DNA of 61,701 nucleotides, filler included, from Squatina squatina (GCA_031763465.1; 3 parts of 3 records of this genome joined end to end with filler, not necessarily neighbours in it); one strand, 5' to 3'. Shown: positions 13,070 through 26,070, counted from the whole stretch's first letter. The notes: a model not told the origin generated them from the sequence alone. A program made the numbers and translations.

Positions 13070-13560
13070 ACAGAAAGAGGACACTTGGCCTATTGTGCCA
13101 ATGCCAGCTCTTTGCTAAAGTGATCCAAAACTATCTCCACTTCCCCTCTCTCTCACCATAGTCCTGGATCTTCTTCCGCTCCAAATATTTCAAATATTTA
13201 TCCAATCTTCCCTTAAAAGATACAATGGCCTTTGCCTCAACCTCTCCCTGTGCTAACGTATCCCATGCCCCAACAATCCTCTGGATTACAACATTTCTCC
13301 TAATCTCTCTCCTCACTCTCTTAATGACAATTTTCAATTGAAGACCCATCATCACTGACTCCCCAGCCAGAGGAAATGGTCCCTCCCTATGCATTCTATC
13401 AAAACCCTCTCTACTTTTTAAAGCCTCAATTAAATCTCTTCACCTTTTCTACTCTAAGGGAAACAGTCCCAGTCTCTCCCATCTCCCCTCATAACTATAG
13501 TCTCCTATCCCTGGCATCATCCTGGTGAATCTACGCTGTACGCTCACTACGGCTATCATA
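13070..13560 (-). mobile_element. CR1 LINE 3' end (older subfamily)
   Basis: EIRRNVVIQRIVGAWDTL...SFKGRLDKYL, a CR1 C-terminal motif. Confidence 0.8.
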
Positions 13561-14057
13561 GAATAATAGAATGATACAGCACTGAAGGACGCCATTCGGC
13601 CCATCATGCCTGTGTCNNNNNNNNNNNNNNNNNNNNNNNNNNNNNNNNNNNNNNNNNNNNNNNNNNNNNNNNNNNNNNNNNNNNNNNNNNNNNNNNNNNN
13701 NNNNNNNNNNNNNNNNATGTTGCTCTTTTATTTTGAAGGACTTTGATAAAATTAAAAAGGCATCTAATTTTACATTTCAAACAAATTACTCTACATTGTT
13801 TTTGTTTTTAGTCAATTTATGTTGTGATTGTGTTTCATTTACCAAAAACATTTTTTCTCCATTTTATCCCCTATCCCCTGGCTCTCTCAAACTTTGTACC
13901 ACCTGCAGCTGAGGTGATTGCTTTCCAGTTTCTACGATGGTAACTCGGAACATGGAAGTGCTCGCCTTCCAATTTTAACTCACTCTCAGCAGGCGAGTGC
14001 TGGGCTTCTGTTCAGTACTTCCCTATAACCGTGAACCAAAACCTTCAGGTGAACAGA

Positions 14058-14480
14058 GAGAAAGAACTTGCATTTATATAGCATTTTTCACATCCTCAGG
14101 ACATCCTAAAGCACTTCACAACTTATGAAGTACTTTTGGAGTGTAGCCACTGATGTAATGTAGGAAAGGCAACAGCCAATTTGCCCACAGCAAGCTCCCA
14201 TAAACAGCAAGTTGATAATGACCAGCTTATCTGTTCTTTAGGTGTTAGTTGAGGGATAAGTATTTGCCAGAACATCTTCAAAATAGTGCCATGGACTGTT
14301 TTACATCTACCTGAGAGGGCAGACGTGTCCTCAGTTTAACATCTCATCTAAAAGACGGCACTTCTAAAAATGCAGCACTGCCTCGGTACTGCACTGGAAA
14401 GTCAGCCTAGATTTTGTGCTCAAGTCTCTGGAGTGAGACATGAACCCACAACCTTCTGACTCAGTGACAAGAGTGCTACT
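14058..14480 (-). mobile_element. tRNA-derived SINE with an L2-like tail
   Basis: The reverse strand has a tRNA-like head (gtagcactcttgtcactgagtcagaaggttgtgggttcatgtctcactcc) and a tail ...ctatataaatgcaagttctttct. Partial copies at about 6930-7050, 11480-11575, 20230-20340, 35260-35350 and 42930-43060. Confidence 0.82.
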
Positions 14481-14628
14481 NNNNNNNNNNNNNNNNNNNN
14501 NNNNNNNNNNNNNNNNNNNNNNNNNNNNNNNNNNNNNNNNNNNNNNNNNNNNNNNNNNNNNNNNNNNNNNNNNNNNNNNNNNNNNNNNNNNNNNNNNNNN
14601 NNNNNNNNNNNNNNNNNNNNNNNNNNNN

Positions 14629-15320
14629 GTTTCAATTAGATCAGTTCTCAATGTTCTAAACTCTAGGGAATATAGGCCTAGTCTACTCAATCTTTCCTGA
14701 TTGGGCAATCCCCACATCCCAGGAACCAGTCAAGTGAACCTTTGTTGTACTCTCTCTAAGGCAACTATGTATTTCCTTAGGAAATGAGACCAGAACTGTA
14801 CACAGTACTCCAGGTGTGGCCTCACCAATGCCCTGTATAATTGTAGTAAGACTTCTTTACTCTTACCCCTTTGTAACAAAAGCTAACATACCATATGCTT
14901 TCCTAATTGCTTGCTGTACCTTCATGTTAACTTTCTGTGATTCATGTACGAGGACAGCCAGGTCCCTCTGAATGTAAACATTCCCCAGTTTCTCACCATT
15001 CAAAAATATTCTGATTCTTTGTTTTCCTACCAAAGTGGATAACTTTACACTTCCCCAGTTGCTGAGATCAACTCTTTCTTCTAAACTTTAGAGAGTAGAG
15101 GACTAATCTACTCAATCTCTCCTCACAGGACAATCCTGTCATCCCAGGGATCAATCTAGTGAACATTTGTTACACCACCTCTAAGCCATGTATGTCCTGT
15201 CTCAAAGAAGGAGATCAAAACTGTGCACAATACTCTAGGTGTGGTCTCACCAAAGCCTTATACAATTGTAGTGAGACTTCCTGACTCTTGTACTCCAACC
15301 CCCTTGCAATAAAGGCCAAT
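14629..15320 (-). mobile_element. Two tandem CR1 3' ORF2 fragments
   Basis: ERLSRLGLYSLEFRTLRTDLIE; the same segment as 6150-6480 is present twice. Confidence 0.85.
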
Positions 15321-16062
15321 GTGTCGCTTGGTATCTAACCTACCTTACAGAGAGAGATATGTACAAAGTGTGGCAGTCAAGTGAGAATGGAACACTGCCG
15401 TGTAACTATGAACAGTGGCACTGGAAACCGCTGTTAATAAATGGTATTTTGTCATGGGTAACTGTTCCGTGGACTAATGAGTGAAGCTTTTGATATAAAG
15501 GATCTCGTATTTCACAGAAATGTAATAAACATTGGAATTAGGTTTGAATATTGGCTGTTTAAGGAAAAAGGGAATGAGTATTCTGAAAACATGCTTGTAA
15601 GTCGTGACAGGGTTGTGACAAATGGCTGAAGTTGATTGATAGTGGCTCAGTCACATTGTTGTCAAGTCATTCACATCTATTTGAAATATGGCTGGGTTTC
15701 TGGACAGATTGCAATGAAGTACATATTCTTGCGCTCACCGTGGTCTATTCTACATGTTCGTACAGTATGCAGGACATGTGCCACTTGGATTGTGTTTGGG
15801 TTTGTGTGACGGGGCGGGGCCATCTTAGTTGTTTTTCAAAAATTGCATTCAGTTATTGAGAGCTACTTGTCACTGACTTTGGAGAGATTGAGTGGATAGG
15901 GAAATATTCAAGAGGCCTCAAATAATACAGAACGGGGCCATGAATTCCCAGTTATATTAAAGNNNNNNNNNNNNNNNNNNNNNNNNNNNNNNNNNNNNNN
16001 NNNNNNNNNNNNNNNNNNNNNNNNNNNNNNNNNNNNNNNNNNNNNNNNNNNNNNNNNNNNNN

Positions 16063-16430
16063 TTGCAGAGGCTTTGGCCAAAATCTTCCAATCCTCCTTG
16101 GATATGGGGGTGGTGCCAGAGCACTGGAGGATTGCAAATGTTACACTACTGTTTTTAAAAAAAGGGGAGAGGGATAAATCCAGCAACTAAAGGACAATTA
16201 GCTTAAAGTCTGTGGTGGGGAAACTTTGAGACAATAACCCGTGACAAAATTAATTGGCATTTAGAAAAGCATAGGCTAAGAAATGAAAGTCAGCAAGGTT
16301 TGTTAAAATCAAATCGTGTTTGACTAACTTGATCAAGTTCTTTGAAGTAACAGAGAAGGTTGATGAGGGTAGTGAGGTGAATGTAATGTGTATAGACATT
16401 CAAAAGTTGTTTTGGCAAAGTACCACATAA
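16063..16430 (+). mobile_element. CR1 RT N-terminal fragment
   Basis: ALAKIFQSSLDMGVVPEHWRIANVTLLF(K)KG followed by an SQQGFVK-like motif. Confidence 0.88.
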
Positions 16431-16699
16431 TTTTTTCAAAATTTGTTCCTGGGATGTGGGCATCACTGGCAAGGCCAGCATTTATTGCCCATCCCTAGTG
16501 GCCCTTGAGAAGGTGATGGTGAGCTGCCTTCTTGAACTGCTGCTTTCCACGTGATATGTTTTTTATAGCAGTTTGTTATAACTGAGTGGCTTGCTAGGCC
16601 ATTTCAGAGGGCAGTTGAGAGTCAACTACATTGCTGTGGGCCCAGAGTCACACATAGGCCAGATCATGCTTTCTCTCCATACCCCCTGATCCCCCTTGT

Positions 16700-16799
16700 N
16701 NNNNNNNNNNNNNNNNNNNNNNNNNNNNNNNNNNNNNNNNNNNTTAATTAATTAANNNNNNNNNNNNNNNNNNNNNNNNNNNNNNNNNNNNNNNNNNNN
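16700..16799. other. Artificial contig linker (N44-TTAATTAATTAA-N44)
   Basis: A 12-mer with stops in all six frames at 16744-16755, centred in an exact 100-bp spacer. Confidence 0.95.
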
Positions 16800-18066
16800 C
16801 TTCTCCTCAGAGATAGTGGGCTTTAGGTCTTACTTGCCAGTCTCTTGAGCTGAGTTGGAACTCTCTAGGTGCATGCAGTAAACGATGAAGCAAGTATAGT
16901 CTTTCTTTGGGGATTTAAAAAAAAGGACTCCTCCAATCAACAGCTACAGTATTTACGCCTTGGCCAGTGCATGAGAATACAATGCCGTAACTGTGGTTAG
17001 TAATAGAAGTTCCGGCTGTCAAGGAGAAACATGCCTTTTAAAAAAAAAATGGAGGTTCTCCAAAATTGGATGCAATGGCCCAGAAATCACTCGTTTTGCT
17101 GTAACTAAGGATTAACAAAGTGTTGTTTTGGTGTTATAGAATGTACCACAGATCCAGTTTTATTTACTGTGAGAGGGAATGTGTTGTAACAATTGTACAT
17201 TACCGCTACAAGTAGAATGCTAGCAAGAACACTCAAGTGTTTAAAGTGTTAAAGCTTTGAAGTTGGTCATGCCAGCCTAGTTCAGCTGTTTTCTAAGAAA
17301 TGGAAATGGAGGCCCATTTGATGACCAGACAATTGCAGTTCTAATCAAATAAGCGAGGAAGTGGAAGACAGCATCAAGGGAATGGAGAGAACCGTTCTGT
17401 ACAGAAAATACAGTGTTGAAGTAAATTATTAGCCTGCTTTGCTGAGTTCCTTTAAACTTGTGTGCACAGCAAGAATTCCAGAAAAACCATTTAGACTGTG
17501 AATGCTTGGAAGGAGACCCAGCAGGATGGTGCCAATTCACTTAAAAAATCTAGTTGCCATACAAACCGTAATGCTCCCTGACAGTGTCAGTGCTATATAT
17601 GTTCACAGGATCAATATTGTGCTTCTACCTATAAGGACAAGCTGGCCTTCAACTAGCATGAACCGTCTGCACTGTTAATGCAGCAAGGGATTACAAACCC
17701 TTTAACTTGATTCCAAGAAAACCAGGTTGGAAATTGTAGAAAAGAGTGTGGAGGAAGCAGGGGTTTGAGAAATTGGAGCCTTTCAAGCCGTTCGTGCCAT
17801 GTAACATTCCCCTAATAACAATCATGCAGGGACATGCTGACTCGAGCAATAACAGAGAATAATAAGCAATGATAGTGATGATACAATCTAATAGAATCTA
17901 GGGTTTGGCTCATTTGGTGCCACTCTCACCCCGAGTCAGAAGCTTATAAGTTCATGCACAATCGATNNNNNNNNNNNNNNNNNNNNNNNNNNNNNNNNNN
18001 NNNNNNNNNNNNNNNNNNNNNNNNNNNNNNNNNNNNNNNNNNNNNNNNNNNNNNNNNNNNNNNNNN

Positions 18067-18390
18067 TTTGGTGGTAATACGGCCAAGGGAACAGAAAGTA
18101 AGTCTCATGGACAAGATGAGCATGGAGAAATCATGAGGTGAGATCGGAGAGAAGCTGGAGAAAGATGGTGAGTTCAGGGCTAGGGCAGGGGGAAGCTTAG
18201 AGGACGTTTGGCCCACTGGACTAGGGGAAGGAAGGGAAGTGACAGAGGCAGCTGAACAGACGGTCTCAATCTTGGAGACAAAGAAGTTCATGAGCTCACA
18301 CTTGTTGTCAGAGGTGAGGGTGGAGGAGACAAGAGAGAGTGGTTTAAGAAGGTTAGCAGCGGAGAATAGAAGCTAGGGTTTAATTTTTAT
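18067..18390 (-). mobile_element. L2 LINE ORF2 fragment upstream of the RT
   Basis: ELMNFFVSKIETV...FSSFSPIS...ILSMRLTFCSL, an L2-type motif. Confidence 0.75.
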
Positions 18391-21300
18391 TCCAGAATAT
18401 TAGTCATGGTTTCCAAACTGAATCTAACAAATGTCAAAAGCCTTTCTTCTCAAGTTGCAAATTACCACAGCTTCATGTTCAAAATTACTGACAACTCCAC
18501 ATACCTCCATTTTCCTCTCCATTACTGTTGTTTGTTTCAGCCATTTCACAGCTGTCTAAATCTGATTCACCATCCAAATCAATGACCCCCTCTGCTGACA
18601 TTACCAATTCATCTTTCTGTAGATAACAAAAACAGTTAAGTTAGTGGTCACATATCTTTTCTACAAAAGCATTATTAATATAAAATAGTGCAACAATTAT
18701 GTTCTGTTTGAGCAGAAGTCAGCTCGTCAACCTTAACCTTGTTGAAGCCTGCTATGCATACAAAGCATGTGGATTACTTTTGTCATATATCCCTTCTATA
18801 CAGCTGAATAACATTTACACTGAACTGCTGTACTGTAAGTTTACGAGTTTCAGCTCACAACTATAGCTTGCAGCTTTAATTCCAGCCAGTGACATCAATA
18901 TCCAGACTACAGAAGAGAAATATAAATCTTTCAGTATTAGTGAGACTGCCTATTTCCTGAATCTGAACTGTTTCAATGATTATTGGGATAACAATACATG
19001 GGAACGAGAGGAACAGCCTATGTTCTAGATAAAATTTNNNNNNNNNNNNNNNNNNNNNNNNNNNNNNNNNNNNNNNNNNNNNNNNNNNNNNNNNNNNNNN
19101 NNNNNNNNNNNNNNNNNNNNNNNNNNNNNNNNNNNNNNNNNNNNNNNNNNNNNNNNNNNNNNNNNNNNNNNNNNNNNNNNNNNNNNNNNNNNNNNNNNNN
19201 NNNNNNNNNNNNNNNNNNNNNNNNNNNNNNNNNNNNNNNNNNNNNNNNNNNNNNNNNNNNNNNNNNNNNNNNNNNNNNNNNNNNNNNNNNNNNNNNNNNN
19301 NNNNNNNNNNNNNNNNNNNNNNNNNNNNNNNNNNNNNNNNNNNNNNNNNNNNNNNNNNNNNNNNNNNNNNNNNNNNNNNNNNNNNNNNNNNNNNNNNNNN
19401 NNNNNNNNNNNNNNNNNNNNNNNNNNNNNNNNNNNNNNNNNNNNNNNNNNNNNNNNNNNNNNNNNNNNNNNNNNNNNNNNNNNNNNNNNNNNNNNNNNNN
19501 NNNNNNNNNNNNNNNNNNNNNNNNNNNNNNNNNNNNNNNNNNNNNNNNNNNNNNNNNNNNNNNNNNNNNNNNNNNNNNNNNNNNNNNNNNNNNNNNNNNN
19601 NNNNNNNNNNNNNNNNNNNNNNNNNNNNNNNNNNNNNNNNNNNNNNNNNNNNNNNNNNNNNNNNNNNNNNNNNNNNNNNNNNNNNNNNNNNNNNNNNNNN
19701 NNNNNNNNNNNNNNNNNNNNNNNNNNNNNNNNNNNNNNNNNNNNNNNNNNNNNNNNNNNNNNNNNNNNNNNNNNNNNNNNNNNNNNNNNNNNNNNNNNNN
19801 NNNNNNNNNNNNNNNNNNNNNNNNNNNNNNNNNNNNNNNNNNNNNNNNNNNNNNNNNNNNNNNNNNNNNNNNNNNNNNNNNNNNNNNNNNNNNNNNNNNN
19901 NNNNNNNNNNNNNNNNNNNNNNNNNNNNNNNNNNNNNNNNNNNNNNNNNNNNNNNNNNNNNNNNNNNNNNNNNNNNNNNNNNNNNNNNNNNNNNNNNNNN
20001 NNNNNNNNNNNTGACATGCCCAGGGACATCTACTATGTTAAAAAGACTATGCAAGTTGTTGTTCCTGCGTGCTGTGCATCAGTTGAGATGTTAAACTCAG
20101 ACTGTCAGTTTAAGTGTATATTATAGATCTGGAAGAGCAGGGAGCTCTCCTGGTGTACTGGCTAACCACAGCACCAGAAACAGATTAACTGCTCATTATT
20201 CTCATTGTTGTGCAGAATATGGCTATCGCGTTTGCCTATATAACAGTCACTGCACTTCAAAAGAACTGTATCTGAAGCATTTTGACATGTGTCTAACAAC
20301 GCTGATATAATATTATGTAAATGCTAGTCTTTCTTTCAAAAATGACTGGACTTAAACAGTAGTTGAAAGTTCTCCATTGCAGCTGCTACACCAATATGAT
20401 CAATTAATTGATACACAATTGTTTGTTATAGTGAGGACATTCTCAATTTGGCCTGTCCTCATTCAAGATTAAATGTAGAAAACTGAGCAAATCATAATGT
20501 TGTATTTTCATATATAATGAAAGAACTTAAGACAAATTAATAGTTAATACAAAAATAGCACGTAACTGGATTTATAATTGATTTTGAAGACATGTCGACA
20601 ACATGATTGATATAGCAGTATTAAAAATTAACTCAGTTAATAATTCAACCAAAATAGATTAGAAAGAATAAAGTCTTCACCACCATTCAACAGTTATAGA
20701 ACTTATTTATTCTCTTTACTGGTAGCACAACTAAAATCAATAAGCTTTTACCCTCCGATCAAACATTTATATGTCTGCGTATTCACCATTTTTTATTGAA
20801 AGACATACAAACCAACAGTTTTCCTATTTCACGGTAATAAAAAAACAATGCAAATGTAACTAGTGTTAAAAAGTGTTATGCATTTACTTACTTTAAGAGC
20901 ATAAAGACCCATCTTTCCTGGAATTCGACAGAAAGCTCCATCTTCCACACGAGCATTGGTATGAAGCATGGCATTAAGGCAGGCCAGAGGAGAGGTTCCA
21001 CTGATTTGAGAGACAGATGGATAAAGAAATGCGTGAGCACTTCTCACACGATATTCACTTTCCACTTGGACTTTGTGCAAATTCCTCCAACCTTGACCAG
21101 AATTTACATTACAATAGCAGACTTGAAAAACAAATTTTAATCTTGACCATTTTCTAAAATCAACCATCAAGCACAAAAAAATATAAAATCCAAATGAAAT
21201 CACAATTTAAGTTGTCAATCTAAAATATATGCAGTCATTGAACACTAAAGACAAATCAAAATGTACATGTTAACATATGCAGCAGAAATCTAAGAAACCA

Positions 21301-22360
21301 CCCTTGTGTTCTNNNNNNNNNNNNNNNNNNNNNNNNNNNNNNNNNNNNNNNNNNNNNNNNNNNNNNNNNNNNNNNNNNNNNNNNNNNNNNNNNNNNNNNN
21401 NNNNNNNNNNNNCAGAAATCTAAGAAACCACCCTTGTGTTCTAAAATGCCAGAATGATCAAAGAAGGGGAAAAGTTCAAGAGTATCAGTATTCAATGAAA
21501 TAAAAGAAAATGCATTAGAATGACCTGGAAGTGGGGGGCGGGGGGGTTGGTAGATACTGCTACCACACATTCTTCGCTTTCTTTTTTCTTCTCAGAAGTC
21601 GCCTACATGACTCATTTGCATATCGTGTAAACTTTTTGCTTTTGTATTCATCCCAGTTTGTCATGAGGAAAAGAAACATTCTGTACAGCACATTTCATAT
21701 AAGACACACTAATTAAGTTTTGCTACTTAAATTACAAAATCGCAAACATCTCCACACTATTATTACATCAGCTTAACTATGAGATAAAATGTAAACAGTT
21801 GAAGATTATGGAGATATTGCATTGTTGAATCCAGGAAAATGGCTAAAGTGGTAAAAATGACATTTTATCATTCTTCTGGGCTTAGCTGAATACCTTTCAG
21901 GGGCTGGATTAATCCAACATCAAATTTGATGGGTTATTATAAGATCTATATTTAGTGACAAATGTAGCGGTGATAGAATCTAAATAAAATTCAACTATTT
22001 TGTTGAATGTTATATTCTAACTTTTGATAACATGACTAGGAAGATGGTAGATAGTGTTTCAGATATTGGGCTCTCTCCTAGCACTATGCTGTNNNNNNNN
22101 NNNNNNNNNNNNNNNNNNNNNNNNNNNNNNNNNNNNNNNNNNNNNNNNNNNNNNNNNNNNNNNNNNNNNNNNNNNNNNNNNNNNNNNNNNNNTCTTACCA
22201 TATACTACAGTAGTTTAAGGAAGATCTGTTCTTACGAGCTAAAATTCATGCTTGCTCTTTAATCATCCTGCTCAATACATTAATATTGTAATCAAGTGTA
22301 AACACTGTAGACAAGATTGAGAACACCAATAATTTATTGTTTGCATTTTTTTTTACAATC

Positions 22361-22384
22361 TATATATATATATATATATATATA
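22361..22384. repeat. (TA)12 microsatellite
   Basis: Directly visible. Confidence 0.95.
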
Positions 22385-22489
22385 TGACCTACTAACATAC
22401 AATTGGGTTCTATAAGGTTATCTTATTATCTTAAATTTACTCCTCCTCTAAGAGTCTTTGCATTATCTTAAGGGAAAAAAAACTTTAGG

Positions 22490-23215
22490 AAGCTAGAGCC
22501 CGGCTTCGTTGATGCACACAGTAAACAAAGCCCTAGGCAGACAACAGCAGTTGCTGCATCCGCTGGGCTATGACCTGACCTGGATTTGATTAAAAATAAA
22601 AGAAGAAAAAAAAAGGCATACCAAACGGGCCGCCTCAGCCCAAGTGCGGTCCTTCTTTTTCCTTTTGTCTTTCATTCTTTTTTTCCTTTTCCACTCAGAA
22701 TATATAATTGTATATTTTAGGGAAATAAGCGAAAAGAAACGGGACACTCAAAAAGCAAAGGGCTACACTAGAAGACAACAATCACTAAGACATACAGTAC
22801 ACGGCTACCCCTGCCTGCACCCTCCAGCTGACAGCTCTTTCATCCCCCTCCCCCATCCTACCAGCCCACCCAAAACAATACAATACCCGGCGTCCCTGGC
22901 GCCGTCCCAGTCAAAGGTCACGCGTACGACAGCCCCCCCCAAACCTCACACACACAACCATTCACCTCTCGCGATATTACGACGAGACTTCATAGCTTTT
23001 TTAGAAATCATTCGTTTATTATTACTGAAAAGAGTTGAGGTTAAAAGCCGGGGAACGTGGACAGCGAATCACTTTCGTGCGATGATTTCTCGCACGTGAA
23101 GGTGCGCTGGAAATCAGTGTTTGCTCAGAAGATGGCTGTTGGAGGGGTGGCCACGCCCTGTCTCGGTGTGTTGGAGGCGCCGTTGCCAGGTTACGGGCGC
23201 TGCCTGGTAACGGGT
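22490..23215. promoter_or_regulatory. CpG-rich promoter-like region with tandem RFX X-boxes
   Basis: CpG-rich non-repeat island. X-boxes GTTGCCAGGTTAC (23182-23194) and GCTGCCTGGTAAC (23199-23211), E-box CACGTG (23093-23098), YY1-like AAGATGGC (23129-23136), and TCTCGCGATA resembling TCTCGCGAGA (22967-22976). Confidence 0.7.
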
Positions 23216-23649
23216 NNNNNNNNNNNNNNNNNNNNNNNNNNNNNNNNNNNNNNNNNNNNNNNNNNNNNNNNNNNNNNNNNNNNNNNNNNNNNNNNNNNNN
23301 NNNNNNNNNNNNNNNATCATTCAAAAGTGTCGAAGATGACATGATCATGAAATAATAAGACTGATCTGATGGATATCTTTTGAGTAAGAGGGATTTTCAT
23401 TTTCTCCATTGACTTACACATTCCAGCATTTCCATTTTTGGAAGAGGCGTTGCCAAAAATGGATACAAAACTAATGAAAACTTAAGTCATTTTTTTAGGC
23501 AGTTATTTATAGCAAAATTTGTGAAAGCAAATATTATTTTTATTGTGTCAAGAAAGGATAAAATACTGCTATTCATTGATAAATGGCAATTAATTCCTTA
23601 TGCACACTTTAGAATCTTTCTACAATTGAATATCTGTTTTGTTCAATAG

Positions 23650-23716
23650 AAAAGTTGTTGAAGATACTGAAGCCAAATTTAAAAGATTTGAAGCCAGATA
23701 CCAGAACCACTATGAA
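23650..23716 (+). CDS. Candidate internal exon, coiled-coil-like peptide KVVEDTEAKFKRFEARYQNHYE
   Basis: Acceptor tgttttgttcaatag and strong donor GAA|gtaagt; open frame; 67 nt; just downstream of the X-box promoter. Confidence 0.5.
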
Positions 23717-24382
23717 GTAAGTTTCCTGGAGAATTTTAATCAAAATTATTTGACAAGTCATGGGGGGAAGCATCCCATTGAATTTATAGTAAAGAATCAT
23801 TTAAATTTTATAAAAATCATTTTGTTTTGAATATAGCTGCATGACTCTCCTAAATGTAAATGTTGGAGATCACAGGTGATTTCACATAACTTTTATTTTC
23901 AAAGAAAAGAAGTACTGTACTAAAAAGAAATCTGAATGGTTTCAATTGCCAAAAATGCTTTAAAGTAATATTATATACAGCAGCAGATGAATCTGGAGGG
24001 GGTCTGTCAAGCTGGATTCAATTTGTCATTTGGTTCTTGAGACAGGAAATATTGTGACAGTAAATTTATAGGCAGTACTGCTGTATTAATATACTGAACC
24101 AAGTAGCCCAATGTTCATAACAGATATGATTTTAAAACAATGCTTTGATGTCAGTGAAAGATGTTGATAGCCCTCCAATGTGGCAAGAACAACAAAAATT
24201 GTGGCAATGTTGCTATCATTAGTCACTTTGAGGCTTGGAAGGCGTGGTAAAAGTCATATATCATAATGCATTCTCGTACATTTCACAATTTTAAAAGTGA
24301 TAGAATGGTTATTTGGCAACCTAGAATAATTATGGTATTAAAAATAAAGCCCACAAATGTTGCAAGCTGTGTTTTTTTTTAG

Positions 24383-24409
24383 GATGTCATTGTTATGCAA
24401 CATCAAAAG
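24383..24409 (+). CDS. Candidate 27-nt micro-exon (DVIVMQHQK)
   Basis: Acceptor gtttttttttag and donor AAG|gtactg; phase 0-0, compatible with the preceding candidate exon. Confidence 0.35.
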
Positions 24410-24924
24410 GTACTGACAGGTATAGTGAATAACCATTGGCCAGTGGCTACAGACGTATTAACTACTACTGCCATTAATTTTAACAAAATAAAATGTACAG
24501 CATTATGTACCAAAGTTTAGAAATAAATTTTACTGCATGCAGCCAAAATAGGCCAGCAAAATCGTGTGTGTTTTTTTAATTCATCTTTTATTTGGGAGGA
24601 TTTAAGAAACAAAGGGGGTAAAATTCGACTTTTACGGTTTTGAAAAGATAGCGTCAAGCGCAAACGATTGCTAACATCTGCTAAATTGAGTTTTAGAGCC
24701 CCAGGAAGGAAGGAGGGCGGTAAATGAGGCGCATATGACCTCAGTGGGGTGCTGCAGGGGGCGCTAAGAGCAGAGCTCTACCCAATTTCAGGTAACTTGT
24801 ATTCAGCAATCATCCTTCAATCCTTCTCACTGGCTGATGCCAGCTCTTAAAGGGGAGGTTATATCAAGTTTCACCTGCTCATTTTCAGCAGTACTGCATT
24901 TGAGGGAGAGCTGTGAGCTAGTGA

Positions 24925-25100
24925 AACAAATACTTTGTGTCTGTTTTCACGGAGGAAGACACAAAAAAACCTGCCAGAAATACTAGAGAACCAAGGGTCT
25001 AGCGACAATGAGGAACTAAAAGAAATTAGTATTAGTAAAAAAATAGTACTGGGGTAATTAATGGGACTGAAAGTCGATAAATCCCCAGGATCTGATGATT
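24925..25100 (+). mobile_element. CR1 ORF2 fragment
   Basis: NKYFVSVFTEED...LMGLKVDKSPGSDD motif. Confidence 0.8.
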
Positions 25101-26070
25101 NNNNNNNNNNNNNNNNNNNNNNNNNNNNNNNNNNNNNNNNNNNNNNNNNNNNNNNNNNNNNNNNNNNNNNNNNNNNNNNNNNNNNNNNNNNNNNNNNNNN
25201 GGGGAGAGGGAAGGACAAAGGGTAACATAATAGTGTGATTGTCTGGAAGGCAGAAGAGATTAGGAGATGATGCAAGGATGATGCCCTTTAGCCACGTGTT
25301 AATTTTCCTGATCTGACTGTTTCGATGCCAATTTGCATGTGGCTCAGGCAATAATCCAGAGATTATAGCCCTCGAGGTCCTGCTTTTTAATTTAGCTCCT
25401 AACTCCTGATATTACCTCAGCAGCACCCCCCTCCCTGTTCCTACCTAAGTCGTTTGTTCCGACATGGACCACGACAACTGGATTTACCAACTCCCTTTCC
25501 AAATTCCTCTCCAGCCTCCCGCTCAGGACCTGGACCTCCTCCTCTCCTACTCTTTATGTTGCTGCTGCCGCTCCTGCTCAGATCCAGTATTGTTACACTT
25601 TAAAGTAATCTTCTGTGTTCTATAAAATATGTATATAAATGACTTTTTTGAGATAAATCCATCCTGTTGATCCTACCAAAGTGATATATATTGTTAACTG
25701 AACACTAGATGGCCTCCTGATGGGAGTAAGCACTTTGTTGCAGCTATACTTCTTTTATGTTGCTTTTGCTATTCTTTGACGGGAATTTTCTGGAGGGACT
25801 GTCGATAAAAGCAGTTCATTATTACCACCAATTTGAGTGTTTATTCAGACCTAACAGATATCACTTCTTTTTAACCACAGTTAACATATATGTTAACTCT
25901 AATTGACAGTTTAGCAACTATATTGCAATATAGTAACAATTAGATTGCACAAGATCATGTTTGAGCATGAATGCACAGGAATACAGAATAGTTGCACCAC
26001 AGTTTTAGTTCCTTCCTTTGCTAGGCTCCTGATCTTGGCCAAGTGTTGCAGCAAATACTAAAGGCAAGGT

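Noticed and set aside
15349-15441. Candidate plus-strand exon (RDMYKVWQSSENGTLPCNYEQWHWKPLLIN)
   Set aside because: Splice-like sites are present, but there is no recognisable homology or partner exons, and it abuts a CR1.
21282-21442. About 30-bp direct repeat flanking a 100-N gap
   Set aside because: Unmerged contig overlap (assembly artefact), not a target-site duplication.
21560-22240. Possible selenoprotein CxxU motif (YCSI-TG|A) formed by splicing
   Set aside because: Needs an assumed junction across a gap, shows no Rdx-family similarity, and I identified no SECIS element.
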